64,000 bases of DNA from an uncultured Gemmatimonadales bacterium (GCA_963730185.1 CAVSQW010000008.1:160001-224000); one strand, 5' to 3'. Counted from the stretch's first letter, positions 20,769 through 32,187 are shown. The notes: generated by a model from the sequence alone, not told the origin. Made by a program: numbers and translations.

Positions 20769-21111
20769 CTGGCGGGCCCACTTCGACCGATCGCCCGGCC
20801 TGATGCTCGGTCTGGCGTTCGGCGGGGGCGTGTTGGTGGCCCTGCTGGCGCGTGGCAGGGTGCCGCCGCCCGGTCCCGAGGCCGACTCCGGGGCTCCCCG
20901 GCGGAATGGGAAGGCGGCGAGGGCCGCGAGTGGGCTGCTGGGCGCCCTCGTCGCCGCCGGAGCGAGGCGCGCCGTTCGGTATCTGGATGAGCGAGCGGGG
21001 ACCCGGCCGGTCCCGGTCGAGTCACCATCCCCGATCAAGGGCCCGCCTCGCTCGGAAATCGATCGGACGAGCGATACCGCGGGGGACTTCGCCCCGCGAG
21101 CTTTCGACTGA
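20665..21111 (+). CDS. DUF3618/YqjK-like protein
   Basis: IEQ....RE.L..NV.ELE....W..HF...P..MLGLAFGGG. Confidence 0.6.
   Translation: METNSRTIEQALFAEREALGHNVAELEQRTQAAVSWRAHFDRSPGLMLGLAFGGGVLVALLARGRVPPPGPEADSGAPRRNGKAARAASGLLGALVAAGARRAVRYLDERAGTRPVPVESPSPIKGPPRSEIDRTSDTAGDFAPRAFD
21059..21103 (+). promoter_or_regulatory. Regulon box plus -10 upstream of PEP-CTERM gene 2
   Basis: TCGATCGGACGAGCGA (21059-74), 23 bp, GAGCTT. Confidence 0.65.
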
Positions 21112-21169
21112 AGGTGGGTGAATGCCCGCCCGAAGGTTAGGTCGGTCTCTCGTCATCCGGGTGTTGCCA

Positions 21170-21562
21170 ATGAAGATCTCCTCGATCGCAATCTGGCTCA
21201 TGGCCTCCGCCGCGATCATGCTGCCTCCCGCGGCGCACGCCAGCCAGGCCGCCGGCGTGCGGACGCCGGACCGTGTCGCCGACCGTCCGGCCGACGCGGG
21301 CGCTTTGCCGTCGAGCGTGTTCCTCTCGGTGATCCGGGGCCAGCTGGACCGGCCGGTCACCCCGGGCTGGGAGCAATCATCCAACCAGGCGCCGCCCGAT
21401 GAGGCGACCGCCCGGAGCGGCTCGGATCGCGGGACCGGCGAGCTCGAGGCGGGGGCAGGGTGGACGACCGCGCCAGAGCCGGCGACCATGGTGCTCCTGG
21501 CCACGGGGTTGTTGCTGCTCGCGGCGGTCCCGGTCGCGCGACGGCTCCGGGTCAGGATCTGA
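21170..21562 (+). CDS. Small PEP-CTERM sorting-domain protein (paralog of 19464..19820)
   Basis: MKISS signal peptide; APEPATMVLLATGL-TM-RRLRVR. Confidence 0.8.
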   Translation: MKISSIAIWLMASAAIMLPPAAHASQAAGVRTPDRVADRPADAGALPSSVFLSVIRGQLDRPVTPGWEQSSNQAPPDEATARSGSDRGTGELEAGAGWTTAPEPATMVLLATGLLLLAAVPVARRLRVRI

Positions 21563-21826
21563 TCCGGCCTGGCGATGCGGCACCCCGGTGGGTTCGTCCT
21601 CCCCGGGTCGGATCGGCCGGCGACCGGACCCGGCTCATCGTCCGATCCTGGCCCCCGGCGACGAGCAGGGCGGCCAGTCGGCCCGTCAGGGCCGCCCCGG
21701 TGGACCCGGCGCTCCGCGGACGCCAATCGATCTGAGCGGGGATCCGGATGACCCCTGGGGGTCTCGAGGGCCGGCTGTCGGACGATGACGGCGAGACGGT
21801 ATCCGCCGTCGGGTCTAGACCAGGTG

Positions 21827-21871
21827 GCGCCCGTTGGAGCGATGGTGAATAGCCCGAAAATCATCTACGCT
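21827..21871 (+). promoter_or_regulatory. Regulon box plus -10 upstream of the lipoprotein operon
   Basis: GCGCCCGTTGGAGCGA (21827-42), 23 bp, TACGCT. Confidence 0.55.
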
Positions 21872-21920
21872 TGAGCAGAGGACGATGTCCGGGCTGCTCA
21901 ACCATCCGAAGGATGTTCTC

Positions 21921-22316
21921 GTGCCGACGCTACGACCGCTCAACCGTCCGCATCCCGCCCGCCGCAACGTCGGCGCGCTTGGCCTGGCGACGAAGACCCT
22001 GGCTGCCTTGAGCCTGTTCCTGTTGGCCGCGTGTCCTGGGACCAAGCCGATCAAGGAGTTGCTCGACGACCCTTCCCGTTTCAATGGCGAGACGGTTCGG
22101 ATCGCGGGCGAGGTGACCCAGTCGGTCGGGGCGCTGGGAGTCGGGGTCTATCAGGTCAACGACGGGACCGGCACCCTCACGGTCGTGAGTCAGGCCGGGA
22201 AGGGCACCCCACGCACCGGGGCCCAGATCGGGGTAGAGGGCACCTTCCGATCCGCCTTCACCCTCGGGTCGACGACCGTCGCCGTCCTGATGGAACAGAA
22301 GCGGAAGAGTCCATGA
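21921..22316 (+). CDS. OB-fold lipoprotein
   Basis: Lipobox LAAC; IKELLDDP..F.G..V...G.V ... DGTG.L.V ... V.G OB-fold pattern; start could be ATG 21885. Confidence 0.7.
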   Translation: MPTLRPLNRPHPARRNVGALGLATKTLAALSLFLLAACPGTKPIKELLDDPSRFNGETVRIAGEVTQSVGALGVGVYQVNDGTGTLTVVSQAGKGTPRTGAQIGVEGTFRSAFTLGSTTVAVLMEQKRKSP

Positions 22317-22705
22317 ACAGGCGTCGACTGTTACTCGCGGGGCTCGCGACGACCGCCCTCCTCGCCTGCGGCAAAGGCGGGTCACAATCGGCCGCCGACA
22401 GCACTAGGAGTCTCGGGCTGGCCCAGCCCGACAGTACGTACCCTCTCAACGACCGGCCCGCCCCCGCGACGCCAGCCCGATCCCCCGCGACGCCAGCTCC
22501 ATCCCCCGCGACGCCAGCCCGTCCCACCTCGTCCCAGCCGAACTCGGGCTCAGGCTCGATGCTGGCCACGGGTGTCGGGGCCGTGGCCGGTAGTGCCGCC
22601 GGGGCCGTGGTCGCGGCGGTGACCGCGAATCGCGATGTGGTGATCGCGGTCGGCACGCCGATGGTCGTCACCCTGAACGGGCCGCTGACGGTCCAGGCCC
22701 GATAG
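22313..22705 (+). CDS. Pro/Ala-rich lipoprotein with glycine-zipper-like C terminus
   Basis: Lipobox LLAC; PATPA repeats; ATGA coupling to the upstream gene. Confidence 0.6.
   Translation: MNRRRLLLAGLATTALLACGKGGSQSAADSTRSLGLAQPDSTYPLNDRPAPATPARSPATPAPSPATPARPTSSQPNSGSGSMLATGVGAVAGSAAGAVVAAVTANRDVVIAVGTPMVVTLNGPLTVQAR
22461..22521 (+). repeat. 21-bp tandem repeat x3 (PATPARS/PATPAPS linker)
   Basis: CCCCCGCGACGCCAGC recurs at 21-bp period. Confidence 0.8.
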
Positions 22706-22716
22706 GAAGGCACTCC

Positions 22717-22977
22717 ATGGATATCATCACCCTGATCATCGTCGGCCTGGTGGCCGGGCTTCTGGCCAGTCTCGCCGTCGGTGGCGTCGGCTACGGCATC
22801 CTGGGCGACATCGTGATCGGCATCTGCGGCGCCTTTCTGGGCAGCTGGCTGTTCGCCACGTTGGGGGTGCGGGTTCCCTTCGGCGGGATCGGCGGCACGA
22901 TCTTCGTGGCCTTCATCGGCGCCGTCGTGCTGCTCCTGATCCTCGGGCTGTTCCGAAGAGGGCGACGCTCCCAATGA
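22717..22977 (+). CDS. GlsB/YeaQ/YmgE family stress-response membrane protein
   Basis: IIVGLVAG.LA ... GDIVIGICGAFLGSWL ... AFIGAVVLL. Confidence 0.9.
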   Translation: MDIITLIIVGLVAGLLASLAVGGVGYGILGDIVIGICGAFLGSWLFATLGVRVPFGGIGGTIFVAFIGAVVLLLILGLFRRGRRSQ

Positions 22978-23344
22978 TGCCCCCCGAGCCTCGGCGGTCC
23001 CGAGGCGATGCCGGCAGGGCTGTCACGGCCCTAGGAGCGCGCCCGATGTCTGACTCGAACGGCCACCGCCGGTGGCCCGTGATCCTGCAACCACTGAGCG
23101 TGCCCACGGTGCTCAAGGGCACTATGTTCGGTAGGGTCGAGACCGGAGACTTGACCGATGCTGAGCTCAGAGGGTTGGCCCGGGCCTGGGAGGCCGACCT
23201 GCTCGTCTATGCCGCCCAGTGCCGCGCCTTCCGCGCGGCGAGTTCCCGATGAGCGCGCCCCCGTTCGAGCGCGCCGCGTTCAGTCAGGCGGGCCCGCGGA
23301 GGCAACCCTTAGGGGCGCGGCCGCGCCGTGACCCGGAGGGCAAT

Positions 23345-24088
23345 ATGAGGCTCCCCAGGTATGAGCCCGGCAGTGGGGATGACCCCAGTATCCAGGCTGT
23401 GGTCGCCCGGGCGGTCGAGCTGGTTCCCGACGGCGCCAGGATCGGGCTCGGATCGGGGCGGGCCGCCTCCGAGTTCATCGTCAGGTTGGGCGCCCGCCGG
23501 GCCGAGGGACTGCGGGTTTCAGGGGTGCCGACGTCGGAGGCCGCGGCGGAGCTGGCCCGGCGAGTCGGCATTCCTCTGATCCCGCTGGGCGCGGGGTCGC
23601 CGCTGGATCTGACGGTGGATGGCGCGGACGAGGTGGCGCCTAACCTGGACCTCGTGAAGGGCCGCGGCGGCGCGATGGTTCGGGAGCGGATCGTGGCCGC
23701 CGGGTCCGCTCGCCAGGTGATCATCGTCGGGGAGGACAAGTTGGTCCGGACCCTCGGCGAGCGGGTCCCGGTGCCGGTGGCGGTGATCCCCCTGGCCGAA
23801 GCCGTGGCCCTCCTCGAGCTGGTTGCGCTCGGCGTCACGCCCACTACCCGAAGGGGCGCCGGTGGCCGGCGGCCGTTCCTGACTGACGGTGGCAACCTCA
23901 TCATCGACTGCGCCCTCGCGGAGCCGCTCCGGGACGCCGCGGCCGCCCGGGACCTCGAGCGCGCGATGCGGAGGATCGTCGGCGTGGTGGACACCGGACT
24001 CTTTCTCGGCACGGCCGATGAGGTCCTGGTAGGACATCCCGACGGGCGGGTGGACACGCTGGCGCGGGGGGAGTCCGGGCAGCGGTGA
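23345..24088 (+). CDS. rpiA: Ribose-5-phosphate isomerase A
   Basis: [30 protein letters not shown]. Confidence 0.92.
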   Translation: MRLPRYEPGSGDDPSIQAVVARAVELVPDGARIGLGSGRAASEFIVRLGARRAEGLRVSGVPTSEAAAELARRVGIPLIPLGAGSPLDLTVDGADEVAPNLDLVKGRGGAMVRERIVAAGSARQVIIVGEDKLVRTLGERVPVPVAVIPLAEAVALLELVALGVTPTTRRGAGGRRPFLTDGGNLIIDCALAEPLRDAAAARDLERAMRRIVGVVDTGLFLGTADEVLVGHPDGRVDTLARGESGQR

Positions 24089-25746
24089 CGATCAGTCCGC
24101 TCGCGGGCCATCCGCCGCCGCCGGCGCTGCTGCTCGATGTCTCGAAGCTGATTACCGCCTACTACACCGAGCAGCCCGACGTCGCCGTCGCGGCGCAACG
24201 GGTGTTCTTCGGCACGTCCGGCCACCGGGGCTCGGCGTTCGAGCGATCCTTCAATGAAGGACACGTGGTCGCCATCACCGAGGCGATCTGCCGCTACCGC
24301 CGGGGGCAGGGCATCGACGGGCCCCTGTTCCTCGGCCTCGATACCCACGCCCTCTCCGTGCCGGCGGGCGCCACCGCCCTCGAGGTGCTGGCGGCGAACG
24401 GGGTCGACGTCATGGTCGCCGACGGCAGCGATTACACCCCGACCCCCGTCGTGTCGCACGCCATCCTCGGCCACAACCAGGGGCGCGCGAGCGGGCTCGC
24501 CGACGGCATCGTGATCACGCCCTCTCACAACCCGCCCGGCCACGGTGGCTTCAAGTACAACCCTCCCCACGGCGGGCCGGCCGATACCGCCGTCACCCGT
24601 TGGATCGAGGCCCAGGCCAACGCGCTCTTGGAGGGCGACCTCCGGGGCGTGAAGCGGGTACCGTACGACCAGGCCCTCCGCGCCGCCACGACCCATCGGC
24701 ACGACTACCTCACCGCCTACGTGAGCGATCTCGGCAACGTGATCGACATGGAGGCGATTCGCAGCGCTGGGATTCGCCTGGGCGTGGACCCTCTCGGTGG
24801 GGCGGGGGTGGACTACTGGGCCCCCATTGCCGAGCGGTACGGGCTCAACCTGACGGTGGTGAGCGAGGTCGTGGACCAGACCTTCCGGTTCATGACGGTG
24901 GATTGGGACGGGCAGATCCGGATGGATCCTTCGTCGGCGTACGCGATGCAGCGCTTGATCGGGCTCAAGGATCGCTATGACGTCGCGTTCGGGTGTGACA
25001 CCGACCACGACCGGCACGGCATCGTCACCCCGAGCGCCGGCTTGTTGCCCTCCAATCACTATCTCGCGGTTGCGATCCAGCATCTCTTCCAGGATCGGGC
25101 CGGTTGGCGCCGCGAGGCTGCCGTGGGCAAGACGGTGGTGAGCACCGCCTTGATCGATCGGGTGAGCGCGCGGCTGGGGCGCCGCCTCTACGAGGTCCCG
25201 GTTGGCTTCAAGTGGTTCGTCGCCGGCCTGGGCGACGGCTCCCTGGGCTTCGGCGGCGAAGAGAGCGCGGGGGCGTCGTTCCTGCGTCGCGACGGGACGG
25301 TGTGGACCACGGACAAGGACGGAATCGTCGCCGCGCTGCTGGCGGCCGAGGTCACGGTGCGTGCCGGCCGGGACCCCGGAGAGCTCTACGGCGAGCTGAC
25401 CCGCGAGCTGGGCGAGCCGGTCGCCGATCGGGTCGAGGCGCCGGCCACGCCGGAACAAAAACGCAGACTCGCGGCGCTCTCGGCCCACGAGGTGCGGTGC
25501 GCCCAGCTGGCCGGCGACCAGGTCGAAAGCATCATCACGGAGGCTCCGGGCAACCGGGCGCCGATCGGTGGGGTGAAGGTCACCACCGCCAACGGCTGGT
25601 TCGCCGCGCGGCCCTCGGGCACCGAGAGCATCTACAAGATCTACGCCGAGAGCTTCCAGGGCCGAGACCACCTGGTTCGGATCGTGGCCGAGGCGCAGGC
25701 GATCGTCGACGCCGCCTTGGGAGCGACCGCCGAGGGGGAGAGATGA
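24085..25746 (+). CDS. pgm: Phosphoglucomutase
   Basis: [30 protein letters not shown]. Confidence 0.96.
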   Translation: MTISPLAGHPPPPALLLDVSKLITAYYTEQPDVAVAAQRVFFGTSGHRGSAFERSFNEGHVVAITEAICRYRRGQGIDGPLFLGLDTHALSVPAGATALEVLAANGVDVMVADGSDYTPTPVVSHAILGHNQGRASGLADGIVITPSHNPPGHGGFKYNPPHGGPADTAVTRWIEAQANALLEGDLRGVKRVPYDQALRAATTHRHDYLTAYVSDLGNVIDMEAIRSAGIRLGVDPLGGAGVDYWAPIAERYGLNLTVVSEVVDQTFRFMTVDWDGQIRMDPSSAYAMQRLIGLKDRYDVAFGCDTDHDRHGIVTPSAGLLPSNHYLAVAIQHLFQDRAGWRREAAVGKTVVSTALIDRVSARLGRRLYEVPVGFKWFVAGLGDGSLGFGGEESAGASFLRRDGTVWTTDKDGIVAALLAAEVTVRAGRDPGELYGELTRELGEPVADRVEAPATPEQKRRLAALSAHEVRCAQLAGDQVESIITEAPGNRAPIGGVKVTTANGWFAARPSGTESIYKIYAESFQGRDHLVRIVAEAQAIVDAALGATAEGER

Positions 25747-27182
25747 GCCCATCGTCGCGGACGGGCGCACGCGGGGTCGAGGTCGCCGGTCGCCGGGCGT
25801 CGGATGCGCTGGTCTTGTTTGGGGTGACGGGTGACCTGGCCCACAAGATGATCTTTCCCGCCCTCTACGCGATGGTTGCCCGGGGCGTCCTCCAGGTTCC
25901 GGTGGTCGGTGTCGCCTCCACGCCGTGGACCGTGGCCCAGCTCCGCCGGCGGGCGACCGACAGCATTCGGGAATCGAGCTCGAAAGTGGACCCCCGCGCT
26001 CTCCGCCGTCTGTTGGGGCTGCTCCGATACGTGCGAGGGGACTACCAGGATGCCGAAACCTACGCGACGCTGAAGACTGTCTTGGGGTCGGCCCGGCGTC
26101 CCGCTCACTATCTCGCCATACCCCCGGCGCTGTTCGCCACGGTCATCCAGGGGCTGGGCGCTGCCGGTCTGGCGGACCAGGCGCGGGTCATCGTCGAAAA
26201 GCCGTTTGGCCGCGATCTCGCCTCGGCGCGACGACTCAATGCCGTCGCTCGGACGGTCTTTCCCGAGGATGCGATCTTCCGGATCGATCACTATCTGGGC
26301 AAGGAGGCGATCCTGAACATTCTGTACTTCCGGTTCGCCAACTCGTTCCTGGAGCCGATCTGGAACCGCAACTACATCGCCAGCGTCCAAGTGACCCTGG
26401 CCGAGCGGTTCGGAGTGAACGGCCGGGGCGCCTTCTACGAGACGGCCGGCTGCCTCCGCGACGTGATCCAGAACCATATCTTCCAGGTGGTCGCCCTCTT
26501 GGCCATGGAGCCGCCGACCTACCGCGGCTTCGGATCGGTGCATCGCGAGAAGGCCAAAGTCTTCGAAGCGATGCGACCGCTGACGGCGGCGGACGTGGTG
26601 CGCGGGCAATACGCGGGGTACCGGAAGGAGCCGCACGTGGCCCCCCGGTCCGATGTCGAGACCTATTGCGCCGTGCGACTCTTCATCGATTCCTGGCGCT
26701 GGGACGGGGTTCCCTGGTATCTGCGATCCGGCAAGTGCCTCCCGGTGACGGCCGCCGAGGTGCTGGTCGAGCTCAAGGCGCCGCCGGCGCGGCTGTTCGC
26801 CGACTCGGTCCCGCACGCGGGCCCGGCCAACTACTTCCGCTTCCGGCTCTCCCCCACGGCGGTGATCGCGCTGGCCGCCCGGGTCAAGCACCCCGGCAAG
26901 GAGTTCGTCGGCGACCAGCGCGAGCTTTCCCTGGTCGAAGAGCTGGCGGGCTCCGAATCGCCCTACGAGCGCCTCCTGGGCGACGCGTTGCTCGGCGACG
27001 GGGCGCTCTTCACCCGAGAAGACGCGGTGGAAGCGGCCTGGGCGGTGGTCGATCCCGTGCTCGGGGCGCATGCCCGGGCGCGTCCCTATCGGCGGGGGAC
27101 GTGGGGACCCCGACCAGCGGACGGGCTGATCGCGGCGCCCGGGCGCTGGTACGATCCCACAGCCGACGGAGCGATCGCGTGA
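25743..27182 (+). CDS. zwf: Glucose-6-phosphate 1-dehydrogenase
   Basis: [36 protein letters not shown]. Confidence 0.95.
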   Translation: MSPSSRTGARGVEVAGRRASDALVLFGVTGDLAHKMIFPALYAMVARGVLQVPVVGVASTPWTVAQLRRRATDSIRESSSKVDPRALRRLLGLLRYVRGDYQDAETYATLKTVLGSARRPAHYLAIPPALFATVIQGLGAAGLADQARVIVEKPFGRDLASARRLNAVARTVFPEDAIFRIDHYLGKEAILNILYFRFANSFLEPIWNRNYIASVQVTLAERFGVNGRGAFYETAGCLRDVIQNHIFQVVALLAMEPPTYRGFGSVHREKAKVFEAMRPLTAADVVRGQYAGYRKEPHVAPRSDVETYCAVRLFIDSWRWDGVPWYLRSGKCLPVTAAEVLVELKAPPARLFADSVPHAGPANYFRFRLSPTAVIALAARVKHPGKEFVGDQRELSLVEELAGSESPYERLLGDALLGDGALFTREDAVEAAWAVVDPVLGAHARARPYRRGTWGPRPADGLIAAPGRWYDPTADGAIA

Positions 27183-27871
27183 GCCGGGCGACCGACGTCG
27201 TGTTTCTCCTCGACTGCGACAATACCCTGCTCGACAACGATCGCGTCCAGGACGATCTGCGGGCCCACCTGGTCCGGGAGTTCGGGTCCGCGAGCGCCGA
27301 CCAGTACTGGATGATCTTCGAAGCGCTGCGACGCGAGCTCGGCTACGCGGACTACCTGGGCGCGCTGCAGCGCTATCGACTTGAGGTCGTGAACGACACC
27401 CGGTTGCTCCAGATGTCGTCCTTCCTGGTCGACTACCCCTTTGCCAGCCGATTGTATCCCGGCGTGCTCGACGTCATCCAGCGGCTTGGGACCCAGGGCC
27501 TCACGGCCATCTTGTCGGACGGCGACGTCGTGTTTCAGCCTCGCAAGATCCAGCGCTCCGGGCTCTGGGCGGCGGTCGATGGTCGGGTCCTGATCTATAT
27601 TCACAAGGAGCGGATGCTCGACGCCGTGGCCGAGCGCTATCCGGCTCGTCACTACGTGATGATCGACGACAAGCTGCGGTTGCTCGCGATGATCAAGCAG
27701 CACTGGGGGAACCGCGTGACGACGGTGTTCCCGCGACAGGGGCACTACGCTCACGATCCCGCCAACCTCCGCGCCTATCCGGCGGCCGATGTCACGATCG
27801 AGCGGATCGGCGACCTGATGACTCGCGACCTTCCCGGCCGGGGTGGCCGGCTCGCCGCCGGCGGCCCCTGA
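27179..27871 (+). CDS. HAD family hydrolase
   Basis: DCDNTL motif I, LSDG, K, IDDK; GTGA coupling to zwf. Confidence 0.85.
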   Translation: MSRATDVVFLLDCDNTLLDNDRVQDDLRAHLVREFGSASADQYWMIFEALRRELGYADYLGALQRYRLEVVNDTRLLQMSSFLVDYPFASRLYPGVLDVIQRLGTQGLTAILSDGDVVFQPRKIQRSGLWAAVDGRVLIYIHKERMLDAVAERYPARHYVMIDDKLRLLAMIKQHWGNRVTTVFPRQGHYAHDPANLRAYPAADVTIERIGDLMTRDLPGRGGRLAAGGP

Positions 27872-27898
27872 CCGACCCGTTCACCCGAGGAGAACACC

Positions 27899-28228
27899 AT
27901 GCTGGTTCAGATCAATACCGACCACACCGTCAAAGGTCGCGAGGCCATGGCCGAAGGGGTCCGGGGCGTCGTGGAGAACGCCCTGAGCCGCTACCATGAT
28001 CGCATCACCCGAGTCGAGGTCCACCTCAGCGACCAGAACGGCGCCAAGAACGGCCAGGACGACCAGCGCTGCTTGATGGAGGCCCGCCTCGAGGGCCGTC
28101 AGCCCATTGCGGTGACGCACGACGCCCCGACCGTGAACCTGGCGGTGGCTGGCGCGGCCGAGAATCTGGCCCGTCGGATCGAGTCGATCCTGGGACGGGC
28201 CGACCAGTCTCGATCCTCGCGAGGCTGA
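27899..28228 (+). CDS. HPF/RaiA family ribosome-associated protein
   Basis: VQINTD...ITRVEVHLSD.NG.K...D.RC..EARL.G. Confidence 0.85.
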   Translation: MLVQINTDHTVKGREAMAEGVRGVVENALSRYHDRITRVEVHLSDQNGAKNGQDDQRCLMEARLEGRQPIAVTHDAPTVNLAVAGAAENLARRIESILGRADQSRSSRG

Positions 28229-28265
28229 CGGCGGCCCCGGCTCCTCGTCGGGCTGGGCGACCACG

Positions 28266-29471
28266 ATGACGCGACCCGAGACGCCGTCCGACCCGGCCCG
28301 TTCGGTCCTGGCGATCAACGGGGGCTCCTCGAGCATCCGGTTCGCGGTGTACTCGGTCGGCCCCCGGCCGCGCCGCCTGCTCGATGGCAAGATCGATCGG
28401 ATCGGCCTCGGTGGCACGACCTTCGAGGTCGGCCCGTCGAGCGTCGTGTCTCGGGCGCCCCCTCGGCTGGGCGTCGGCACCCACCGAAGGGTGGTGGACG
28501 CTCTCCTCGACTGGCTGGAGCGGGAGCCCATCTTCGCCTCGATCGTGGCGGCAGGACACCGGGTGGTCCATGGGATGCACCACGTGAAGCCGGCCCGGGT
28601 GACCCGGCGCCTCCTCGCCGAGCTCCGCCGCATCACGCCCTACGATCCCGAGCACCTCCGCCGCGAAATCCGGATCATCGAGGCACTTGCGAAGCGGCAT
28701 CCCACGCTGCCGCAGGTGGCGTGCTTCGACACCGCCTTTCACCGGACCATGCCCCGAGTGGCCAGAATGCTGCCGATTCCGCGGCGCTATGCGGTCCGGG
28801 GCGTCGAGCGCTACGGCTTCCACGGCCTGTCCTATGCCTATTTGATGGAGGAGCTCGGCCGCCTCGATCCGGCGGCGGCCAAGGGTCGGGTCATTCTCGC
28901 CCATCTGGGCAACGGCGCGAGCCTGGCGGCCGTGCGGCAGGGAGCCAGTATCGACACCAGTATGGGCTTCACCCCAGCCGGTGGCCTGGTGATGAGCACC
29001 CGCACCGGCGACCTGGACCCCGGCGTCGGCTACTACCTGGCCCGCACCGAACGGATGACGGCGGCGGGCTTCCAGCGGATGGCGACCCGTGAGGCCGGCC
29101 TGCTGGGGGTGTCCGGGACCAGCTCCGATCTGCGTGACCTGCTCGACCGGGAAACCCGGGACGCCCGGGCGGCGGACGCCGTCGCCCTGTTCTGCTACCA
29201 GGCAAAGAAGTGGATCGGGGCCTTCGCGGCGGCCCTCGGCGGGGTCGACACTCTCGTTTTCGCGGGCGGCATTGGCGAGAACGCGCCGTCGGTCCGCGCC
29301 CGGATCTGCGAGGGCCTGGCCTTTCTGGGCCTGGGGCTCGACCGGCGGCGCAATGGAGCGAATTCGGCGGTGATCTCCAAGCCGACCAGCCGGGTCGGGG
29401 TGCGGGTGATCCGGACCGACGAAGAGCTGATGATCGCGAGGGCGGTGGGTCAGGCGCTGGGGCTGGGGTAG
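28266..29471 (+). CDS. ackA: Acetate/propionate kinase
   Basis: INGGSSS, GHRVVHG, FDTAFH, RYGFHG, HLGNGAS, GGIGEN, TDEE; HLP motif appears altered to HLR. Confidence 0.93.
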   Translation: MTRPETPSDPARSVLAINGGSSSIRFAVYSVGPRPRRLLDGKIDRIGLGGTTFEVGPSSVVSRAPPRLGVGTHRRVVDALLDWLEREPIFASIVAAGHRVVHGMHHVKPARVTRRLLAELRRITPYDPEHLRREIRIIEALAKRHPTLPQVACFDTAFHRTMPRVARMLPIPRRYAVRGVERYGFHGLSYAYLMEELGRLDPAAAKGRVILAHLGNGASLAAVRQGASIDTSMGFTPAGGLVMSTRTGDLDPGVGYYLARTERMTAAGFQRMATREAGLLGVSGTSSDLRDLLDRETRDARAADAVALFCYQAKKWIGAFAAALGGVDTLVFAGGIGENAPSVRARICEGLAFLGLGLDRRRNGANSAVISKPTSRVGVRVIRTDEELMIARAVGQALGLG

Positions 29472-29479
29472 CTCACTCT

Positions 29480-29524
29480 TCATCCCTTCGAGCGATGGAG
29501 CCCGGCGGTGCGGCCGGGTAACCT
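29480..29524 (+). promoter_or_regulatory. Regulon box plus -10 upstream of PRC remnant-xfp-nhaP
   Basis: TCATCCCTTCGAGCGA (29480-95), 23 bp, TAACCT. Confidence 0.6.
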
Positions 29525-29617
29525 TCCGTGCGGTCCCGCGTCGCCGGTGGCTCCGATGGACGGAGCCCACCGCGACGAGGAGTCACGAACGGCATTCGGC
29601 CGAGGAGGGACGATACC

Positions 29618-29779
29618 ATGCTCGATTCAGTCAGGAGCTTAAAGGGCTACCGGATGGAGGCCCTCGACGGGGTCATCGGAAGCGTCAACGAATTGTTCTC
29701 CGACGACCAGTATCGACACTACGGTCATCACGGCTACTGGGCCGACGAGCCGGCGCCGGTGGCGCCGCCGGTCTGGTGA
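29618..29779 (+). pseudogene. Internally deleted PRC-barrel protein remnant
   Basis: [31 protein letters not shown] (PRC-barrel N terminus) joined directly to [10 protein letters not shown] (typical terminal motif); GAGGAGG RBS. Confidence 0.55.
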
Positions 29780-29810
29780 GGTACCCGGCCCGGCCCGGGG
29801 GATCGTCCCG

Positions 29811-32174
29811 ATGACGGCCGCGACCCTGGCGCCGGACCTGGTCCGGCGGATCGATGCCTACTGGCGCGCCGCAAACTATCTGTCGGTGGGCCAGCTCTAC
29901 CTCTACGCCAATCCGCTCCTCCGGGAGCCGCTCACGCTGGCCCACGTCAAGCCGCTGGTGGTCGGGCATTGGGGGACGACGCCGGGCCAGAACTTCATCT
30001 ACGTCCACCTGAATCGGGTCATTACGCAGCATGACCTGGACATGATCTATGTGGCCGGTCCCGGTCACGGCGGCGCGGCAATCGTCGGCAACGTGTACTT
30101 GGAGGGCACCTGGAGTGAGGTGTATCCCGACATCACCCAGGACGAGGCCGGGCTCAAGAAGCTGTTCCATCAGTTCTCCTTCCCGGGCGGGATTTCCAGC
30201 CATGTGGCGCCCACGACCCCGGGGTCGATCCACGAAGGGGGCGAGCTCGGGTACTCGCTCAGCCATGCCTTCGGAGCGGCGTTCGACAACCCCGATCTGA
30301 TCGTTGCCTGCGTGGTCGGCGATGGGGAGGCGGAAACCGGTCCGCTCGCGACGGCCTGGCATTCCAACAAGTTCCTGAACCCGATCAGCGACGGCGCCGT
30401 GCTGCCGATCCTGCACCTCAACGGATACAAGATCAGCAACCCGACGATTCTGGCTCGGCTGGAGCCCGGGGAGCTGGCGGAGTTCTTCCGCGGCTCCGGC
30501 TGGGAGCCCCTGTTCGTCGACGGCGACGAACCGGAACCGATGCACCAGGGCATGGCCGCGGCTCTGGAGACCGCCATCGCGAGCATTCGACGGATTCAGG
30601 CCAAGGCGCGAACCGAGCACGACACGACCCGGGCCCGCTGGCCGATGATCGTCCTCCGCTCGCCCAAGGGCTGGACCGGGCCGAAAGTCGTGGACGGCCT
30701 GCCGATCGAGGGCACCTTCCGGTCGCACCAGGTCCCGCTCCTGGTGGATGCCGGTCATCCTGATCATGTGGCGCTGCTCGAGCAGTGGATGAAGAGCTAC
30801 CGGCCGGACGAGCTGTTCGACGAGCGCGGCCGGTTGCTGCCGGAGCTGGCCGAGCTGGCGCCGAAGGGCCACCGGCGGATGGGCGCCAACCCCCACGCCA
30901 ATGGCGGTCTCCTCCTCCGCGACCTGCGGATGCCGGACTTCCGGGTTCACGCGGTGGCGGTGCCGTCGCCCGGGGCCGTCGACGCGTCCGATACCCGGGT
31001 GCTGGGGCGATTTCTGCGAGACGTGGATACCCTCAACCAGGACCGGCGCCACTTTCGGATCTTCGGACCCGATGAGACGCTCTCGAATCTGCTTGGGGCG
31101 GTCTTCGAAACCACCAATCGCCAGTGGGACGCTCGCACCGCCCCCAACGACGAGTTTCTCGCCCCGGCCGGCCGGGTGCTCGACTCGATGCTCAGCGAGC
31201 ATCAGTGTCAGGGGTGGCTGGAGGGGTACCTGCTGACCGGGCGGCACGGCATCTTCAACTGCTATGAGGCCTTCGTCCGGATCGTCGATTCGATGTTCAG
31301 CCAGCACGCCAAATGGCTCAAGGTCACGGCGGAGCTCCCCTGGCGGCGGCGGATTGCGTCGCTCAACTACCTGCTCGCCTCCCACGTCTGGCAGCAGGAT
31401 CACAACGGGTTCACGCACCAGGACCCCGGCTTCCTCGACCACGTGGTCAACAAGAAGGCCGATATCGTGCGGGTGTATCTCCCGCCCGACGCCAATTGTC
31501 TGCTTTCGGTCGTGGATCACTGCCTCCGGAGCCGGCACTACGTCAACGTGGTGGTGGCCGGCAAGCATGCGCTTCCCCAATGGCTGACCATGGACGCCGC
31601 CGTGGTACACTGCACGGAAGGCATCGGGATCTGGCCCTGGGCCAGCAACGACCGGGGCGCCGAACCGGACGTGGTGATGGCCTGTTGCGGCGACACGCCC
31701 ACGCTGGAGACGCTCGCCGCCGTGTCGATCCTGCGGCGCCACCTGCCCGACCTGAAGATCCGGGTGATCAACGTGGTCGATCTCATGCGTCTCCAGCCCA
31801 GCACGGAGCACCCCCACGGGCTGACCGATACGGACTACGACGCCCTCTTCACCGTGGACCGGCCGATCGTCTTCGCGTTTCACGGCTACCCCTGGCTGAT
31901 CCACCGGCTCACCTACCAGCGGGCCAACCGCCACCTTCACGTCCGGGGGTACAAGGAAGAGGGCACCATCACCACGCCCTTCGACATGCGGGTGCAGAAC
32001 GACCTCGATCGGTGGCATCTGGTGCAGGACGTGGTCGATCGGCTGCCGCAGCTGGGGGCCAAGAGCGGGTACGTGAAGCAAATGGTGCACGACAAGCTCA
32101 TCGAGCACACCCGGTACATCGCCGCCCACGGCCAGGATATGCCCGAGATCCGGAACTGGAAGTGGCCCGGCTGA
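29811..32174 (+). CDS. xfp: Xylulose-5-phosphate/fructose-6-phosphate phosphoketolase
   Basis: [34 protein letters not shown]. Confidence 0.97.
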   Translation: MTAATLAPDLVRRIDAYWRAANYLSVGQLYLYANPLLREPLTLAHVKPLVVGHWGTTPGQNFIYVHLNRVITQHDLDMIYVAGPGHGGAAIVGNVYLEGTWSEVYPDITQDEAGLKKLFHQFSFPGGISSHVAPTTPGSIHEGGELGYSLSHAFGAAFDNPDLIVACVVGDGEAETGPLATAWHSNKFLNPISDGAVLPILHLNGYKISNPTILARLEPGELAEFFRGSGWEPLFVDGDEPEPMHQGMAAALETAIASIRRIQAKARTEHDTTRARWPMIVLRSPKGWTGPKVVDGLPIEGTFRSHQVPLLVDAGHPDHVALLEQWMKSYRPDELFDERGRLLPELAELAPKGHRRMGANPHANGGLLLRDLRMPDFRVHAVAVPSPGAVDASDTRVLGRFLRDVDTLNQDRRHFRIFGPDETLSNLLGAVFETTNRQWDARTAPNDEFLAPAGRVLDSMLSEHQCQGWLEGYLLTGRHGIFNCYEAFVRIVDSMFSQHAKWLKVTAELPWRRRIASLNYLLASHVWQQDHNGFTHQDPGFLDHVVNKKADIVRVYLPPDANCLLSVVDHCLRSRHYVNVVVAGKHALPQWLTMDAAVVHCTEGIGIWPWASNDRGAEPDVVMACCGDTPTLETLAAVSILRRHLPDLKIRVINVVDLMRLQPSTEHPHGLTDTDYDALFTVDRPIVFAFHGYPWLIHRLTYQRANRHLHVRGYKEEGTITTPFDMRVQNDLDRWHLVQDVVDRLPQLGAKSGYVKQMVHDKLIEHTRYIAAHGQDMPEIRNWKWPG

Positions 32175-32187
32175 CCCGGCGCGCCCC

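Noticed and set aside
22974..23252. Small ORF between the GlsB-family gene and rpiA
   Set aside because: No recognisable motif and an uncertain start; it cannot be supported as a gene.
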